Shown one piece after another: positions 1-9,563 of a DNA stretch of 64,000 nt. How positions within the stretch are numbered: position 1 is the stretch's first letter; each line of letters begins with the position of its first letter. This DNA comes from an uncultured Rikenella sp. (GTDB lineage Bacteria; Bacteroidota; Bacteroidia; Bacteroidales; Rikenellaceae). Location: contig CANQXP010000002.1 of assembly GCA_947627885.1 (NCBI GenBank), forward strand, positions 8,889 to 72,888. The letters run 5' to 3'. The notes under the pieces were generated by a model. It saw only the letters and a program-made list of their open reading frames with translations. It made no database searches and was not told the DNA's origin. Made by a program: the position numbers and the translations under genes.

Positions 1-15
1 GCGGTCGCCACCGGC

Positions 16-1245
16 ATGATTTTTACCTGCGGGAGCGCCCGGGCGCAAAGCACCCGTTTCGCAGTGCCTGCGGACGGTGTGCCGACGGCGGATACGGTTT
101 TGGTTGTCGAAGAGGAAATAGTTCCGGTTTCCGATACGCTGACGGCGGCGGCCGACAGCCTGAATATCGCCGCCGCGGACAGCGTGCCGGTGAAATTGAC
201 CGGCTGGCAGCGGTTTATACGTTTTTTCACCGAATCGAACAAGGAGAAGAAAGAGAAGAAATTCGATTTCAGCATTATCGGCGGCCCGTTCTACTCCAAC
301 GATGTCAAAGTCGGCCTGGGGCTGGTGGCTTCGGGCCTCTATCGGATGGACCGCAGCGACACCCTGCTGCAACCCTCCAATGTCTCGCTGTTCAGCTCGG
401 TGGCCACTTCCGGGTTTTATATGGTGGGGATCCGGGGAACCAACATCTTTCCGCGGGACAGGTACCGGCTCAACTACCTGCTCTACACCTTCTCGTTCCC
501 GAGCGCCTTCTGGGGGATCGGCTACGACATGGCCGTGGATGACGCCAACGCCAGCAAATACACCCGCAAACAGAACCAGGTCAAAGTCGATTTCCAGTTC
601 CGCATCGCGCGGAACCTCTACCTGGGGCCGGTGGCCAGTTTCGACTACGTGGACGGCCTTCGGTTCGACCGGCCTGAGCTGCTGGAGGGGCAGAATCCGT
701 CGATCCTGAGCTTCGGCATGGGTTTTGTGCTGAACTACGACTCGCGCGACGTGATGACCAACGCCTATAAAGGGTGGTACGTGCGGCTGGAGCAGTACGC
801 CAACACCAAATGGCTCGGCAACAAATATGCCTACGGACGCACGGACTTGATCGTGGACTTCTACCAAAAGCTGTGGAAAGGGGCTGTGCTGGCTTTCGAC
901 TTCCACACGCAGCACAACTACGGTGACGTGCCGTGGACGATGATGGCCAAGATGGGCGGTTCGTACCGCATGCGCGGCTACTACGAGGGGCGCTACCGCG
1001 ACAACAACCTGACGGAGATCCAGATGGAGCTGCGCCAGCATATCTACAACCGCCACGGACTGGCCGCCTGGGTCGGCGCGGGGAACGTGTACAAGGATTT
1101 TAAAACTTTCCGCTGGGGCCACACGCTGCCCAACTACGGGATCGGCTACCGGTGGGAATTCAAGAAACGGGTGAACGTCCGCCTCGACTACGGCTTCGGC
1201 AAGGGTCAGAGCGGTTTCCTCTTCCAGATCAATGAAGCTTTTTAG
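16..1245 (+). CDS. BamA/TamA (Omp85) family outer-membrane barrel protein; true start may lie upstream of the window
   Basis: Omp85-like motifs YDSRD and MRGYYEGRYRD; C-terminal Phe (INEAF); overlaps next gene. Confidence 0.8.
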   Translation: MIFTCGSARAQSTRFAVPADGVPTADTVLVVEEEIVPVSDTLTAAADSLNIAAADSVPVKLTGWQRFIRFFTESNKEKKEKKFDFSIIGGPFYSNDVKVGLGLVASGLYRMDRSDTLLQPSNVSLFSSVATSGFYMVGIRGTNIFPRDRYRLNYLLYTFSFPSAFWGIGYDMAVDDANASKYTRKQNQVKVDFQFRIARNLYLGPVASFDYVDGLRFDRPELLEGQNPSILSFGMGFVLNYDSRDVMTNAYKGWYVRLEQYANTKWLGNKYAYGRTDLIVDFYQKLWKGAVLAFDFHTQHNYGDVPWTMMAKMGGSYRMRGYYEGRYRDNNLTEIQMELRQHIYNRHGLAAWVGAGNVYKDFKTFRWGHTLPNYGIGYRWEFKKRVNVRLDYGFGKGQSGFLFQINEAF

Positions 1246-2992
1246 ACATCTCATACGACGGCTGAAGGCCCGGTTCTCCGACCAGCGGACTTACTATTGG
1301 ATCTTCCTCGCAGTCCTGCTGGTGCCCAACCTCTTCCTGTGCTGCACCGAGCCGATGCCCTTGTTCGGGAAGCTGGCCCTGATGCTTGTGCCGGGCGGGT
1401 TCTGGATGGCCCTGCTGACCGCCAGCCGGAGGCCCGGTATCCCGATCTGGTGCCTGCTGCCGATGCTCGTCTTCGGGGCGTTCCAGCTGGTGCTGCTCTA
1501 CCTGTTTGGCAACTCCATCATCGCCGTGGACATGCTGCTGAACGTGGTTACGACCAATTCGGGAGAGGCGATGGAGCTGCTGGGCAAACTGGCCCCGGCG
1601 ATTGTGGGGGTGATCGTGCTCTATGTGCCCACTTTAGTTTTGGGAGTGATGTCCATCCGGCTGGGCGACAGGCTCACGGCCTCTTTCCGGAAACGGAACC
1701 TGGGCCGGGCCGCAGCGATCTTTCTGGTCGGTATCGGGACCATGTTCGGGGCGCGGTGGCAGGACGGCGAATACAGGGCGAAGCTCGACCTGTGGCCCGT
1801 GAATATCGGCTACAACATGAAACTCGCCATAGACCGGTGGGAAAAGGGGAGCCGGTATGCCGAGACCTCCAAAGATTTCACCTTCGAAGCCGTTACGGAG
1901 CGGCCGGACAGCGTGCGGGAGGTCTATGTGATGGTGATCGGCGAGACCTCGCGGGCCTTGAACTGGCAGCTTTACGGCTACGGGCGGGAGACCAATCCCT
2001 GCCTGTCGAAGGTCCGGGGGCTGGTCTGGTACAAAGACATGCTGACGCAGGCCAACGCCACGCACAAGAGCGTGCCGATCATGCTCAGCGCGGCCTCGGC
2101 CGAGAACTACGACATCCTTTACACGCATAAAAGCGTGCTGACGGCGTTCAAGGAGGCGGGGTTCCGCACCGCGTTCTTCTCGAACCAGCTGCCTAACCGC
2201 TCGTTCATCGACTACTACGGCGACGAGGCCGACACGACGGTGTTCCTCAAGGCCAACGCCATGGCTAAAGGCGAGGAGTTCAACCCCTACGACGAGGTGC
2301 TGCTCAAAAGCGTGGACAGCCTGTTGGCCGACACGGCGCACCGGAAGCTGTTCATCGTGCTGCACACCTACGGCTCGCATTTCGACTACCAGGAGCGCTA
2401 TCCCGTCAATGACATCTATTTCCGGCCCGCCAGCTACGAGTCGGTGACGCGGGACAACCGCGATATACTCATCAACGCCTACGACAATTCGATCCGCGCG
2501 ACCGATGACCTGCTGTGCCAGATCATCGCCCGGCTCGATGCGCAGCCCAATACCGCCGCGGCGATGTTCTACGCTTCGGACCACGGCGAGGATATTTTCG
2601 ACGACCGGCGGAACCTGTTCCTCCACGCTTCGCCGATCCCGACCTATTACCAGCTCCATATCCCGTTCCTGATGTGGTTCTCGCCGGAGTACGACACCCT
2701 TTGGCCGGAGGCCCGCGGGATGGCGGAGGCCCATGCCGCGCTGCCGGTGACCACGAACGTGATCTTCCATACGCTCCTCTCGGTCGGCGGGATCGAAACC
2801 CCGTACCGGAACGATTCGCTGGCGGTCACCTCGCCGCTCTTCACCGTGACCCCGCGCCACTACCTGAACGACCACAACGAACCGGAAACGCTCGACCGCG
2901 TGGGTTTCAAACCGGCGGACATCGAAATGTTCCGCCGGATGGAGCTCGATTTCCCCGAACTGCCGGGCAAAGCCGGGTGCGAATCGAAATAA
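1232..2992 (+). CDS. Phosphoethanolamine transferase, EptA-like
   Basis: N-terminal TM helices plus sulfatase-like domain: VMVIGETSR, catalytic Thr region ANATHKSVP, HTYGSH, NAYDNSI, SDHGE. Confidence 0.85.
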   Translation: MKLFRHLIRRLKARFSDQRTYYWIFLAVLLVPNLFLCCTEPMPLFGKLALMLVPGGFWMALLTASRRPGIPIWCLLPMLVFGAFQLVLLYLFGNSIIAVDMLLNVVTTNSGEAMELLGKLAPAIVGVIVLYVPTLVLGVMSIRLGDRLTASFRKRNLGRAAAIFLVGIGTMFGARWQDGEYRAKLDLWPVNIGYNMKLAIDRWEKGSRYAETSKDFTFEAVTERPDSVREVYVMVIGETSRALNWQLYGYGRETNPCLSKVRGLVWYKDMLTQANATHKSVPIMLSAASAENYDILYTHKSVLTAFKEAGFRTAFFSNQLPNRSFIDYYGDEADTTVFLKANAMAKGEEFNPYDEVLLKSVDSLLADTAHRKLFIVLHTYGSHFDYQERYPVNDIYFRPASYESVTRDNRDILINAYDNSIRATDDLLCQIIARLDAQPNTAAAMFYASDHGEDIFDDRRNLFLHASPIPTYYQLHIPFLMWFSPEYDTLWPEARGMAEAHAALPVTTNVIFHTLLSVGGIETPYRNDSLAVTSPLFTVTPRHYLNDHNEPETLDRVGFKPADIEMFRRMELDFPELPGKAGCESK

Positions 2993-3028
2993 ATCGTTAT
3001 CTTTAACCGTTTTCCACTTCCGGGACCG

Positions 3029-3478
3029 ATGAAACTGCGCCGACATATCGCCTTCTTCGCCGTGCTGATCGCCAGCATGGTGATGTTCGTGCATGCCGTC
3101 GTGCCGCACCACCACCGGGCTTCCGACCTATCGATCTGCACCGAAGCCCCGGTACCGTGCCGCCATGCGCTGGCCGCTCAGAGCCATGCGGTCGTGCTGT
3201 TCGACGCCGACTGCGATTGCAACTGCACCGGTGTGAAATGCGCTGCGCCGCTGCCGTTCACGCTCCGCGCCGGGGGAGAGGGCGACGATCCGACCTCCGC
3301 GACGGACAGCCTGCTGCCGCTTTTTATTTGTGACCATTGTACCGGCCATCGGGGTCTCTCCTCCGTCGCCGGCTTGTTCCTGAGAAAAGGGACGACCTCT
3401 TATTTTATCGCCGACGCACGGCTGCTTTCGCAGTGGGTGCCGGTCTCCGTGCCCGGAAGGGCTCCTCCCGTTTTATAG
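3029..3478 (+). CDS. Small His/Cys-rich exported leader protein (DUF6769/DUF2946-like) ending in RAPP
   Basis: Hydrophobic N-terminus, HAVVPHHH, CDCNC, CDHC, C-terminal GRAPPVL; directly upstream of metal efflux genes. Confidence 0.7.
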   Translation: MKLRRHIAFFAVLIASMVMFVHAVVPHHHRASDLSICTEAPVPCRHALAAQSHAVVLFDADCDCNCTGVKCAAPLPFTLRAGGEGDDPTSATDSLLPLFICDHCTGHRGLSSVAGLFLRKGTTSYFIADARLLSQWVPVSVPGRAPPVL

Positions 3479-3487
3479 TTTTGACCT

Positions 3488-3530
3488 GCGCGCTTCCTGC
3501 CTTGGGGCAGGAGCATGCGCCTTTCTTTTC
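3488..3530 (+). terminator. Terminator/attenuator-like hairpin between the leader gene and the efflux operon
   Basis: GCTTCCTGCC/GGCAGGAGC stem with outer GCGC pairs, followed by CTTTCTTTTC. Confidence 0.55.
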
Positions 3531-3553
3531 AAAACCGTAAAACGAATTTTTCC

Positions 3554-4732
3554 ATGAAATTTCCCATGATATTTTTGTCGGCGTTTACCGCGCTGGCATT
3601 AGCCGGATGCGCACCCAAAGGCTCCGGCGACGGGCATGACCACGGGGCCGAAGGCCACGACCATGCCGCAGAGACCGCCGGGGAAGGCCATATCGACGAG
3701 CCGGGCGTAATCACCCTCGGCGAAGAGCAGGCCTCGGCCCTCGGATTGACATACGAAAAAGCGGCGGCCGGGCCGTTCGCCAGCGTCGTGCGCACCGGCG
3801 GCAGCATCGAGGCCGCGCCGGGCGACCGCTCGACCGTTACGGCCACCACTTCGGGTATCGTCAGCTTCGGCGGCCGCGGCCTGACCGAAGGGACTAAAGT
3901 TGCCAAGGGAACGCCATTCATCACCCTCGGCTCTGCCGGCATGGTGGACGGCAACTACCCGCAGCAGCTGGCCGATGCCCGCGCAGAACTGGCGAAAGCC
4001 GAGGCCGACCATGCCCGCGCCGCATCCCTTTCCGGCAATAAAGTGGTCAGCGGCGCCGAACTGGAAGCGGCGAAGCTGGCCGTCGACGTGGCGCGCCGTA
4101 AAGTGGCCGTCCTCTCCGAGAACGCCACCAAAGGCGGAAAAAGCATCGTGGCGCCGCAAAGCGGATATGTCACCTCACTCGCCGTGGGCGAAGGGGATTT
4201 TGTGTCGGCGGGACAGCCGCTGGCTACGATCTCGGCCAACCGGAATCTGGTGCTGCGGGCCGATGTGCCGCAGCGTTACCTGGCCGAAGCGGCCGAGGTG
4301 CGGACGGCCAATTTCATCACGCCTTACAATGGTAAAACGCACGACTTGGGCGAATTGGACGGTCGCCTGATCGGATCGGGACGCGCAGTGGCGGCGGGAT
4401 CGCCGACGCTGCCCGTGCGGTTCGAGTTCGAGAACCGGGGTAACCTGACCCCCGGCTCGGTGGTCGAAGTGTTCCTGAAAGGCGCACCGCGCGAGGGTGT
4501 CCTGACTGTGCCCGTGTCGGCGCTGACCGAGGAGCAGGGGGCGCATTACGTCTATATCCGCACCTCGCCGGGACATTACCTCAAGCGGCCGGTGAAGACC
4601 GGGGCGTCGGACGGCGCGCGGATCGAGATCGTCGGCGGCCTGAAGCCCGGCGAAGAGGTGGTCTCCGAGGGGGCCTATTACGTCCGTCTGGCGGGCATGT
4701 CCACGGCTATACCCCACGGCCATACCCACTAA
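3554..4732 (+). CDS. Heavy-metal RND efflux periplasmic adaptor (CzcB/CusB-like lipoprotein)
   Basis: Lipobox LAGC, His-rich N-terminus, membrane-fusion-protein motifs (APQSGYV, GLKPGEEVV), C-terminal HGHTH. Confidence 0.88.
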   Translation: MKFPMIFLSAFTALALAGCAPKGSGDGHDHGAEGHDHAAETAGEGHIDEPGVITLGEEQASALGLTYEKAAAGPFASVVRTGGSIEAAPGDRSTVTATTSGIVSFGGRGLTEGTKVAKGTPFITLGSAGMVDGNYPQQLADARAELAKAEADHARAASLSGNKVVSGAELEAAKLAVDVARRKVAVLSENATKGGKSIVAPQSGYVTSLAVGEGDFVSAGQPLATISANRNLVLRADVPQRYLAEAAEVRTANFITPYNGKTHDLGELDGRLIGSGRAVAAGSPTLPVRFEFENRGNLTPGSVVEVFLKGAPREGVLTVPVSALTEEQGAHYVYIRTSPGHYLKRPVKTGASDGARIEIVGGLKPGEEVVSEGAYYVRLAGMSTAIPHGHTH

Positions 4733-4780
4733 AATCCAATCGTTCGGTCTATTGCAATATTGGATCGCCGCGCAGCGGCC

Positions 4781-4895
4781 GGCCCGAAGCCACCCCCGGC
4801 GAAGAGCCGCAACTTAGGGTATTTACAGCCCGGCTGGAGTGCCCAGCGGCACCGCTGGCGCCGGCCTGCGCAGCTCGCGATGCTCGCCGCTGGAA
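4781..4895. repeat. Intergenic palindromic repeat, GC-rich core module
   Basis: GCCACCCCCGGCGAAG and GGCCTGCGCAGCTCGCGATGCTCGCCGC also occur near 31960-32030, 50970-51060 and 56885-56965. Confidence 0.75.
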
Positions 4896-5160
4896 GCCCT
4901 CGCCGGGCAGGCTCCGCGTGCACCGATAAGGCTTTAATGATACTGCCAAAGGTCGCGCGCTAACGGAAATCCATTCCGAAAGCCTTACGGCTTTCCGGTT
5001 GTCTTTCCTGCGTTAGCGGTACGGTCGCTTCGGCGACTCCGACGGGGGCCGTAACTACACTAAACCTTACGTCGGGCGGGCCCCGCGTGCTCGCGGTGGA
5101 GCTGGCAATGCTACGCATCGCTGGTCTTTTCAATAAACCGAACCCTAAATTGCATAACAG

Positions 5161-8100
5161 ATGATCAACAAAATAATCGATTTTTCGCTCCACAACCGGC
5201 TCACCGTGATGATCGTCGCGGCGTTGATGCTTATCGCCGGAGCCTATACCGCCAGCCGGATGGAGGTCGACGTCTTTCCCGACCTCACCTCGCCCACCGT
5301 CGTGGTGATGACCGAAGCGCCCGGCATGGCCTCCGAGGAGGTCGAACGCCTCGTCACCTTCCCCGTCGAGACCGCCCTGAACGGCGCCACCGACGTGCGG
5401 CGGGTGCGCTCCACCTCGACGACCGGATTCTCCACCGTCACCGTCGAATTCGACTGGGGAACCGATATATACCTCGCCCGGCAGATCGTCGCCGAGAAGC
5501 TCGCCGGTATCGGCGAGCAGCTGCCGCAGGGGGCGCAGGCCCCCGTGCTGGCGCCGCAGTCGTCGTTGCTGGGAGAAGTGATGGTCATCGGCCTGACCGC
5601 AGACAGCACTTCACTCGAAGAGTTGCGGACGCTGGCCGACTGGACTATCCGTCCCCGGTTGCTTTCGACCGGGGGCGTGGCGCAGGTGACCGTCGTCGGG
5701 GGGGACATCAAGGAATACCAGATCATCGCCTCGCCGCAGCTGATGAAACACTACGGCGTGAGCCTCGACGAGCTGGTGGCGGCGACGCAGGGCATGAACG
5801 CCGATGCCGCCGGGGGGGTACTGAACCAGTACGGCAACGAATATATTGTCCGGGGCATGGTGCGTACCACCTCACCGGAGGAGATAGCCGCCAGCGTGGT
5901 GAAACTCTCGCCCGAAGGGACGCCCGTCACCGTTGCCGACATTGCCGAAGTGCGCACGGGCGGTAAAACGCCGCTGATGGGGGACGCCTCGATCGACGGC
6001 GTGCGCGCCGTGCGGCTCTCGGTCACCAAGCAGCCCGCCACCGGGACGCTGGAACTGACCGACAAACTCGACCGGACTATCGCCGAGATCGCCAAAAACC
6101 TGCCGCCGGACGTGCAGGTGACTACGGAGATCTTCCGGCAGGCTACGTTTATCGAAAGCTCGGTGAATAACATCGAACGCGCCCTGATCGAAGGCGGAGT
6201 GCTGGTGATCGTGATCCTGATGGTTTTCCTGGGGAACTTCCGGACTACCATTATCTCGCTGCTGGCGATCCCCATTTCACTGCTGGTGTCGATGATGGTG
6301 TTGAAACTACTGGGCTTCACGCTCAATACCATGAGCCTCGGCGGGATGGCCATCGCCATCGGGTCGCTGGTCGATGACGCCATTATCGACGTCGAGAACG
6401 TATTCAAGCGATTGCGGGAGAACCACCACTTGCCGGAGGCCGAAAGGAAACCGACCCTGAAAGTGGTTTACGAAGCTTCGACCGAGATCCGGGCGTCGAT
6501 CTGGAACGCCACCCTTATCATCATCGTCACCTTCGCCCCGCTCTTTTTCCTGAGCGGCATGGAGGGACGGATGCTCCAACCGCTGGGGATCGCCTTTATC
6601 GTGTCGCTCTTCGCCTCGATGATCGTGGCGATCACGCTGACCCCGGTGCTGAGCAGCTACCTGCTGACCGGGGACAAGATGCTCGGCAGGCACGACCGCG
6701 AGCCGTGGATCGTGCGCAAGATGAAAGGGGGTTACAGCCGACTGCTGGCCGGCGCGCTGAACCACAAAAAAGCGGTCGTTATCACCGCTGTCGCCCTGTT
6801 CGTGGGGGCCGTGGCGATATTCACCACGCTGGGACGCAACTTCCTGCCGCCGTTCAACGAGGGGTCTATGGCCATTTCGGTTTCGGCCCTGCCGGGAACC
6901 TCTTTGGAGGAGAGTTCGAAGATCGCCACGCTGGCCGAGGAGCAGCTGATGCAGGTGCCGGAGGTGGTCGTGGTGTCGCGCAAGACGGGCCGTGCCGAGC
7001 TGGATGAGCATGCCCTCGGCACCGAGACCTCGGAAATGGACGTGCCGTTCGTACTGAAAGAGCGCAGCCGCGCCGAGGTGTTCGCCGACGTGCGCGAGCG
7101 TCTGAGCGGCATCAAAGGGATCGCTTACGAGATCGGGCAGCCGATTTCGCACCGCATCGACCTGTTGCTCTCCGGTACCCGGTCGAACATCGCGATCAAG
7201 GTGTTCGGCGACGACCTCAATGAACTTTTTGCCCTCGGCAACCGTATCAAGGCCGCCACGCAGGATATTCCGGGGCTGGTCGATTTGAACGTCGAGCAGC
7301 AGATCGAGCGGCCGCAGTTGCAGATCAAGCCCCGGCGCGGGGTGTTAAGCCAATGGGGCATCACCCCGGCCCAGTTCACCGAAACGGTGGAGATTGCCTT
7401 GGCGGGACGGGCCGTGTCGGAGGTGTACGAGGGGGCGCGGAATTTCGACCTGACCGTGAAATTTGATTCCGTGAGCCGCTCCTCGATGGAGGGCATTTCG
7501 CAGATCCTGCTGGACGGCCGCACTGCCACCGGTGAAACGGTGAAAGTACCGCTCGGCGACGTGGCCGAGATCGTCTCCTCGTCCGGGCCGAACGCCATCA
7601 ACCGCGAGAACGTGAGCCGCAAACTGGTCGTGTCGGGCAATGTCGAGGGGGCCGACCTGCGGGGCGTGGTGGAACGGATACAACAGCGCATCGCCGAGCG
7701 GGTGCCGCTGCCCGAAGGCTACCATATCGAGTACGGCGGCCAGTTCGAGAGCGAGGCTTCGGCGTCGCGGACGCTGCTGCTGACTTCGCTGCTGGCGATC
7801 CTCGTGGTCTTTATGCTGCTCTACAACGAGTTCCGCGACCTGCGACTGACGGGCGTGGTGCTGCTGAACCTGCCGCTGGCGGTGATCGGGGGCGTGGTGT
7901 CGATCTGGCTCACGTCGGGCATCGTCAGCATCCCGTCGATCATCGGCTTCATTTCGCTCTTCGGGATCGCCACGCGCAACGGCATCCTGCTGATTTCGCG
8001 CTACCGCCATCTGGCTTGCGAAGCTGAGGGAGCGGCACTATCTTTGCGGGAACAGATCCTGCACGGTTCGGCCGACCGCCTCAGCCCGATCGTGATGACG

Positions 8101-8286
8101 GCTCTGACCTCCGGGCTGGCCCTGATACCGTTGGCGCTGGGCGGCGACCTGCCGGGCAACGAGATCCAAAGCCCGATGGCGGTCGTGATCCTCGGCGGCC
8201 TGCTGACCTCGACGCTGCTGAACCTGTTCGTGGTGCCGGTGGTGTATGCTTTGATGAAAAAAACGTCAACGTCTCCCTTACATTAG
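5161..8286 (+). CDS. CusA/CzcA family heavy-metal RND efflux pump
   Basis: 1041 aa RND pattern: DVFPDL, GSLVDDAIIDVEN, RLSPIVMTALT. Confidence 0.93.
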   Translation: MINKIIDFSLHNRLTVMIVAALMLIAGAYTASRMEVDVFPDLTSPTVVVMTEAPGMASEEVERLVTFPVETALNGATDVRRVRSTSTTGFSTVTVEFDWGTDIYLARQIVAEKLAGIGEQLPQGAQAPVLAPQSSLLGEVMVIGLTADSTSLEELRTLADWTIRPRLLSTGGVAQVTVVGGDIKEYQIIASPQLMKHYGVSLDELVAATQGMNADAAGGVLNQYGNEYIVRGMVRTTSPEEIAASVVKLSPEGTPVTVADIAEVRTGGKTPLMGDASIDGVRAVRLSVTKQPATGTLELTDKLDRTIAEIAKNLPPDVQVTTEIFRQATFIESSVNNIERALIEGGVLVIVILMVFLGNFRTTIISLLAIPISLLVSMMVLKLLGFTLNTMSLGGMAIAIGSLVDDAIIDVENVFKRLRENHHLPEAERKPTLKVVYEASTEIRASIWNATLIIIVTFAPLFFLSGMEGRMLQPLGIAFIVSLFASMIVAITLTPVLSSYLLTGDKMLGRHDREPWIVRKMKGGYSRLLAGALNHKKAVVITAVALFVGAVAIFTTLGRNFLPPFNEGSMAISVSALPGTSLEESSKIATLAEEQLMQVPEVVVVSRKTGRAELDEHALGTETSEMDVPFVLKERSRAEVFADVRERLSGIKGIAYEIGQPISHRIDLLLSGTRSNIAIKVFGDDLNELFALGNRIKAATQDIPGLVDLNVEQQIERPQLQIKPRRGVLSQWGITPAQFTETVEIALAGRAVSEVYEGARNFDLTVKFDSVSRSSMEGISQILLDGRTATGETVKVPLGDVAEIVSSSGPNAINRENVSRKLVVSGNVEGADLRGVVERIQQRIAERVPLPEGYHIEYGGQFESEASASRTLLLTSLLAILVVFMLLYNEFRDLRLTGVVLLNLPLAVIGGVVSIWLTSGIVSIPSIIGFISLFGIATRNGILLISRYRHLACEAEGAALSLREQILHGSADRLSPIVMTALTSGLALIPLALGGDLPGNEIQSPMAVVILGGLLTSTLLNLFVVPVVYALMKKTSTSPLH

Positions 8287-8367
8287 GGATAAGCGGGTCG
8301 TCATATCCCTTTTTTCGGGGATTGCCGACCCGGCGGCGAAAGCGGAAATTTGCAACAAACACGGAAC

Positions 8368-9540
8368 ATGAAAAAGACGATTTATAGCCTGATCTTATTT
8401 GCCTCGGTTGCGTTCAGCGGTGTGGCGACAGCCCAGACGGGCGACTATGCTTCATTCCTCAATAGCGTGGCTTCGCGAAGCCCGCAGTTGAATGCGGCGG
8501 AGAAGGGGCACACGGCGACGGTGCGCGGCCTGCGCACGGGATTGGCACCGGCGGACCCGGAGGTGGCCCTCGAATACTACTTCGCCGGCGAAACGCGCTA
8601 CGAACTTTCGGTGGAGCAGGCTTTCGATTTCCCGACGGTCTACCGCCAGCGCAACAAGATCAGCAAGCTGGGCATCTCGAAGGCCGAGCAGGAGTACCGG
8701 TCGGCCCGACGCAGCATTATGGGAGCCGTATCGGACGCTTACCTGGAGCTGAACTATGCGACCGAGCGGGTGGACATCCTGACCCGGCGGCGCGATGACC
8801 TGCGGAAGGTGGCGGAGCTGTATAAAGAGGCGATCGAAGCGGGACAGAGCACCGTTGTGGAGCTGCGCAACGCCCAGATGCTGCTGACCGAGGTCGAGAA
8901 CAACCTGACGCTGGCCGAAACGGAGCGGGAGGAGGCCGCTGCGGCTTTAACGCAACTGAATGGCGGCGCGGAGATCATCCCGCAAGGGTACCCCCAGTTC
9001 GGGTTTACGGGAACGCAGGACGAATTCGTGGCGGCTGCGCTGGCGGCGGATTACGAATTGGAGGCTGCGGCCATCGACACGCTGATCGCGCAGCGGGAGC
9101 TGAAACTGAGTCGTAACGAGTGGATACCGAAACTGAAAGTGGGCTACAAGGCGGAGGTGGAGGGCTCGAAGGGGACGAACGCTTTGCTGGCGGGTATTTC
9201 GCTGCCTTTGTGGCAGAACAGCGGCCGCACGCGCCACGCCAAGGCGTTGGGCGAAGCGGCCAAGGCCCGGCATGTGGCGACGGAGGCTTCGGCCCGGACG
9301 CGGCTGCGCACGCTCTATTCGCGTTTCCGCACGCTGTCTGCAGCTTTGGCGGCCCGGCTGGGGGATAATTCGGGGGCGGATTATCCGGAGCTGCTCAAGA
9401 GTGCGGCGGAGGCGGGCAAGATCACGTCGGTCGATGCCCTGATGGGGCTCGGCGAGTGGTATGCGCTGAAAGACAGCCTGATGGCATTGGAATACGAAGT
9501 GGCGCAGGCGGGAGCGGCGATGGCGCTCTGCCTGATGTAG
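8368..9540 (+). CDS. TolC family outer-membrane efflux protein
   Basis: Signal peptide, helical outer-membrane efflux pattern, GISLPLW; third gene of the RND operon. Confidence 0.82.
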   Translation: MKKTIYSLILFASVAFSGVATAQTGDYASFLNSVASRSPQLNAAEKGHTATVRGLRTGLAPADPEVALEYYFAGETRYELSVEQAFDFPTVYRQRNKISKLGISKAEQEYRSARRSIMGAVSDAYLELNYATERVDILTRRRDDLRKVAELYKEAIEAGQSTVVELRNAQMLLTEVENNLTLAETEREEAAAALTQLNGGAEIIPQGYPQFGFTGTQDEFVAAALAADYELEAAAIDTLIAQRELKLSRNEWIPKLKVGYKAEVEGSKGTNALLAGISLPLWQNSGRTRHAKALGEAAKARHVATEASARTRLRTLYSRFRTLSAALAARLGDNSGADYPELLKSAAEAGKITSVDALMGLGEWYALKDSLMALEYEVAQAGAAMALCLM

Positions 9541-9563
9541 GCGACGGCCCGTTCTGCGACGGA

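Noticed and set aside
4975-5000. TACGGCTTTCCGGT similar to the cassette's GFPV codons
   Set aside because: No VRC or upstream motif in frame; explained by a local hairpin
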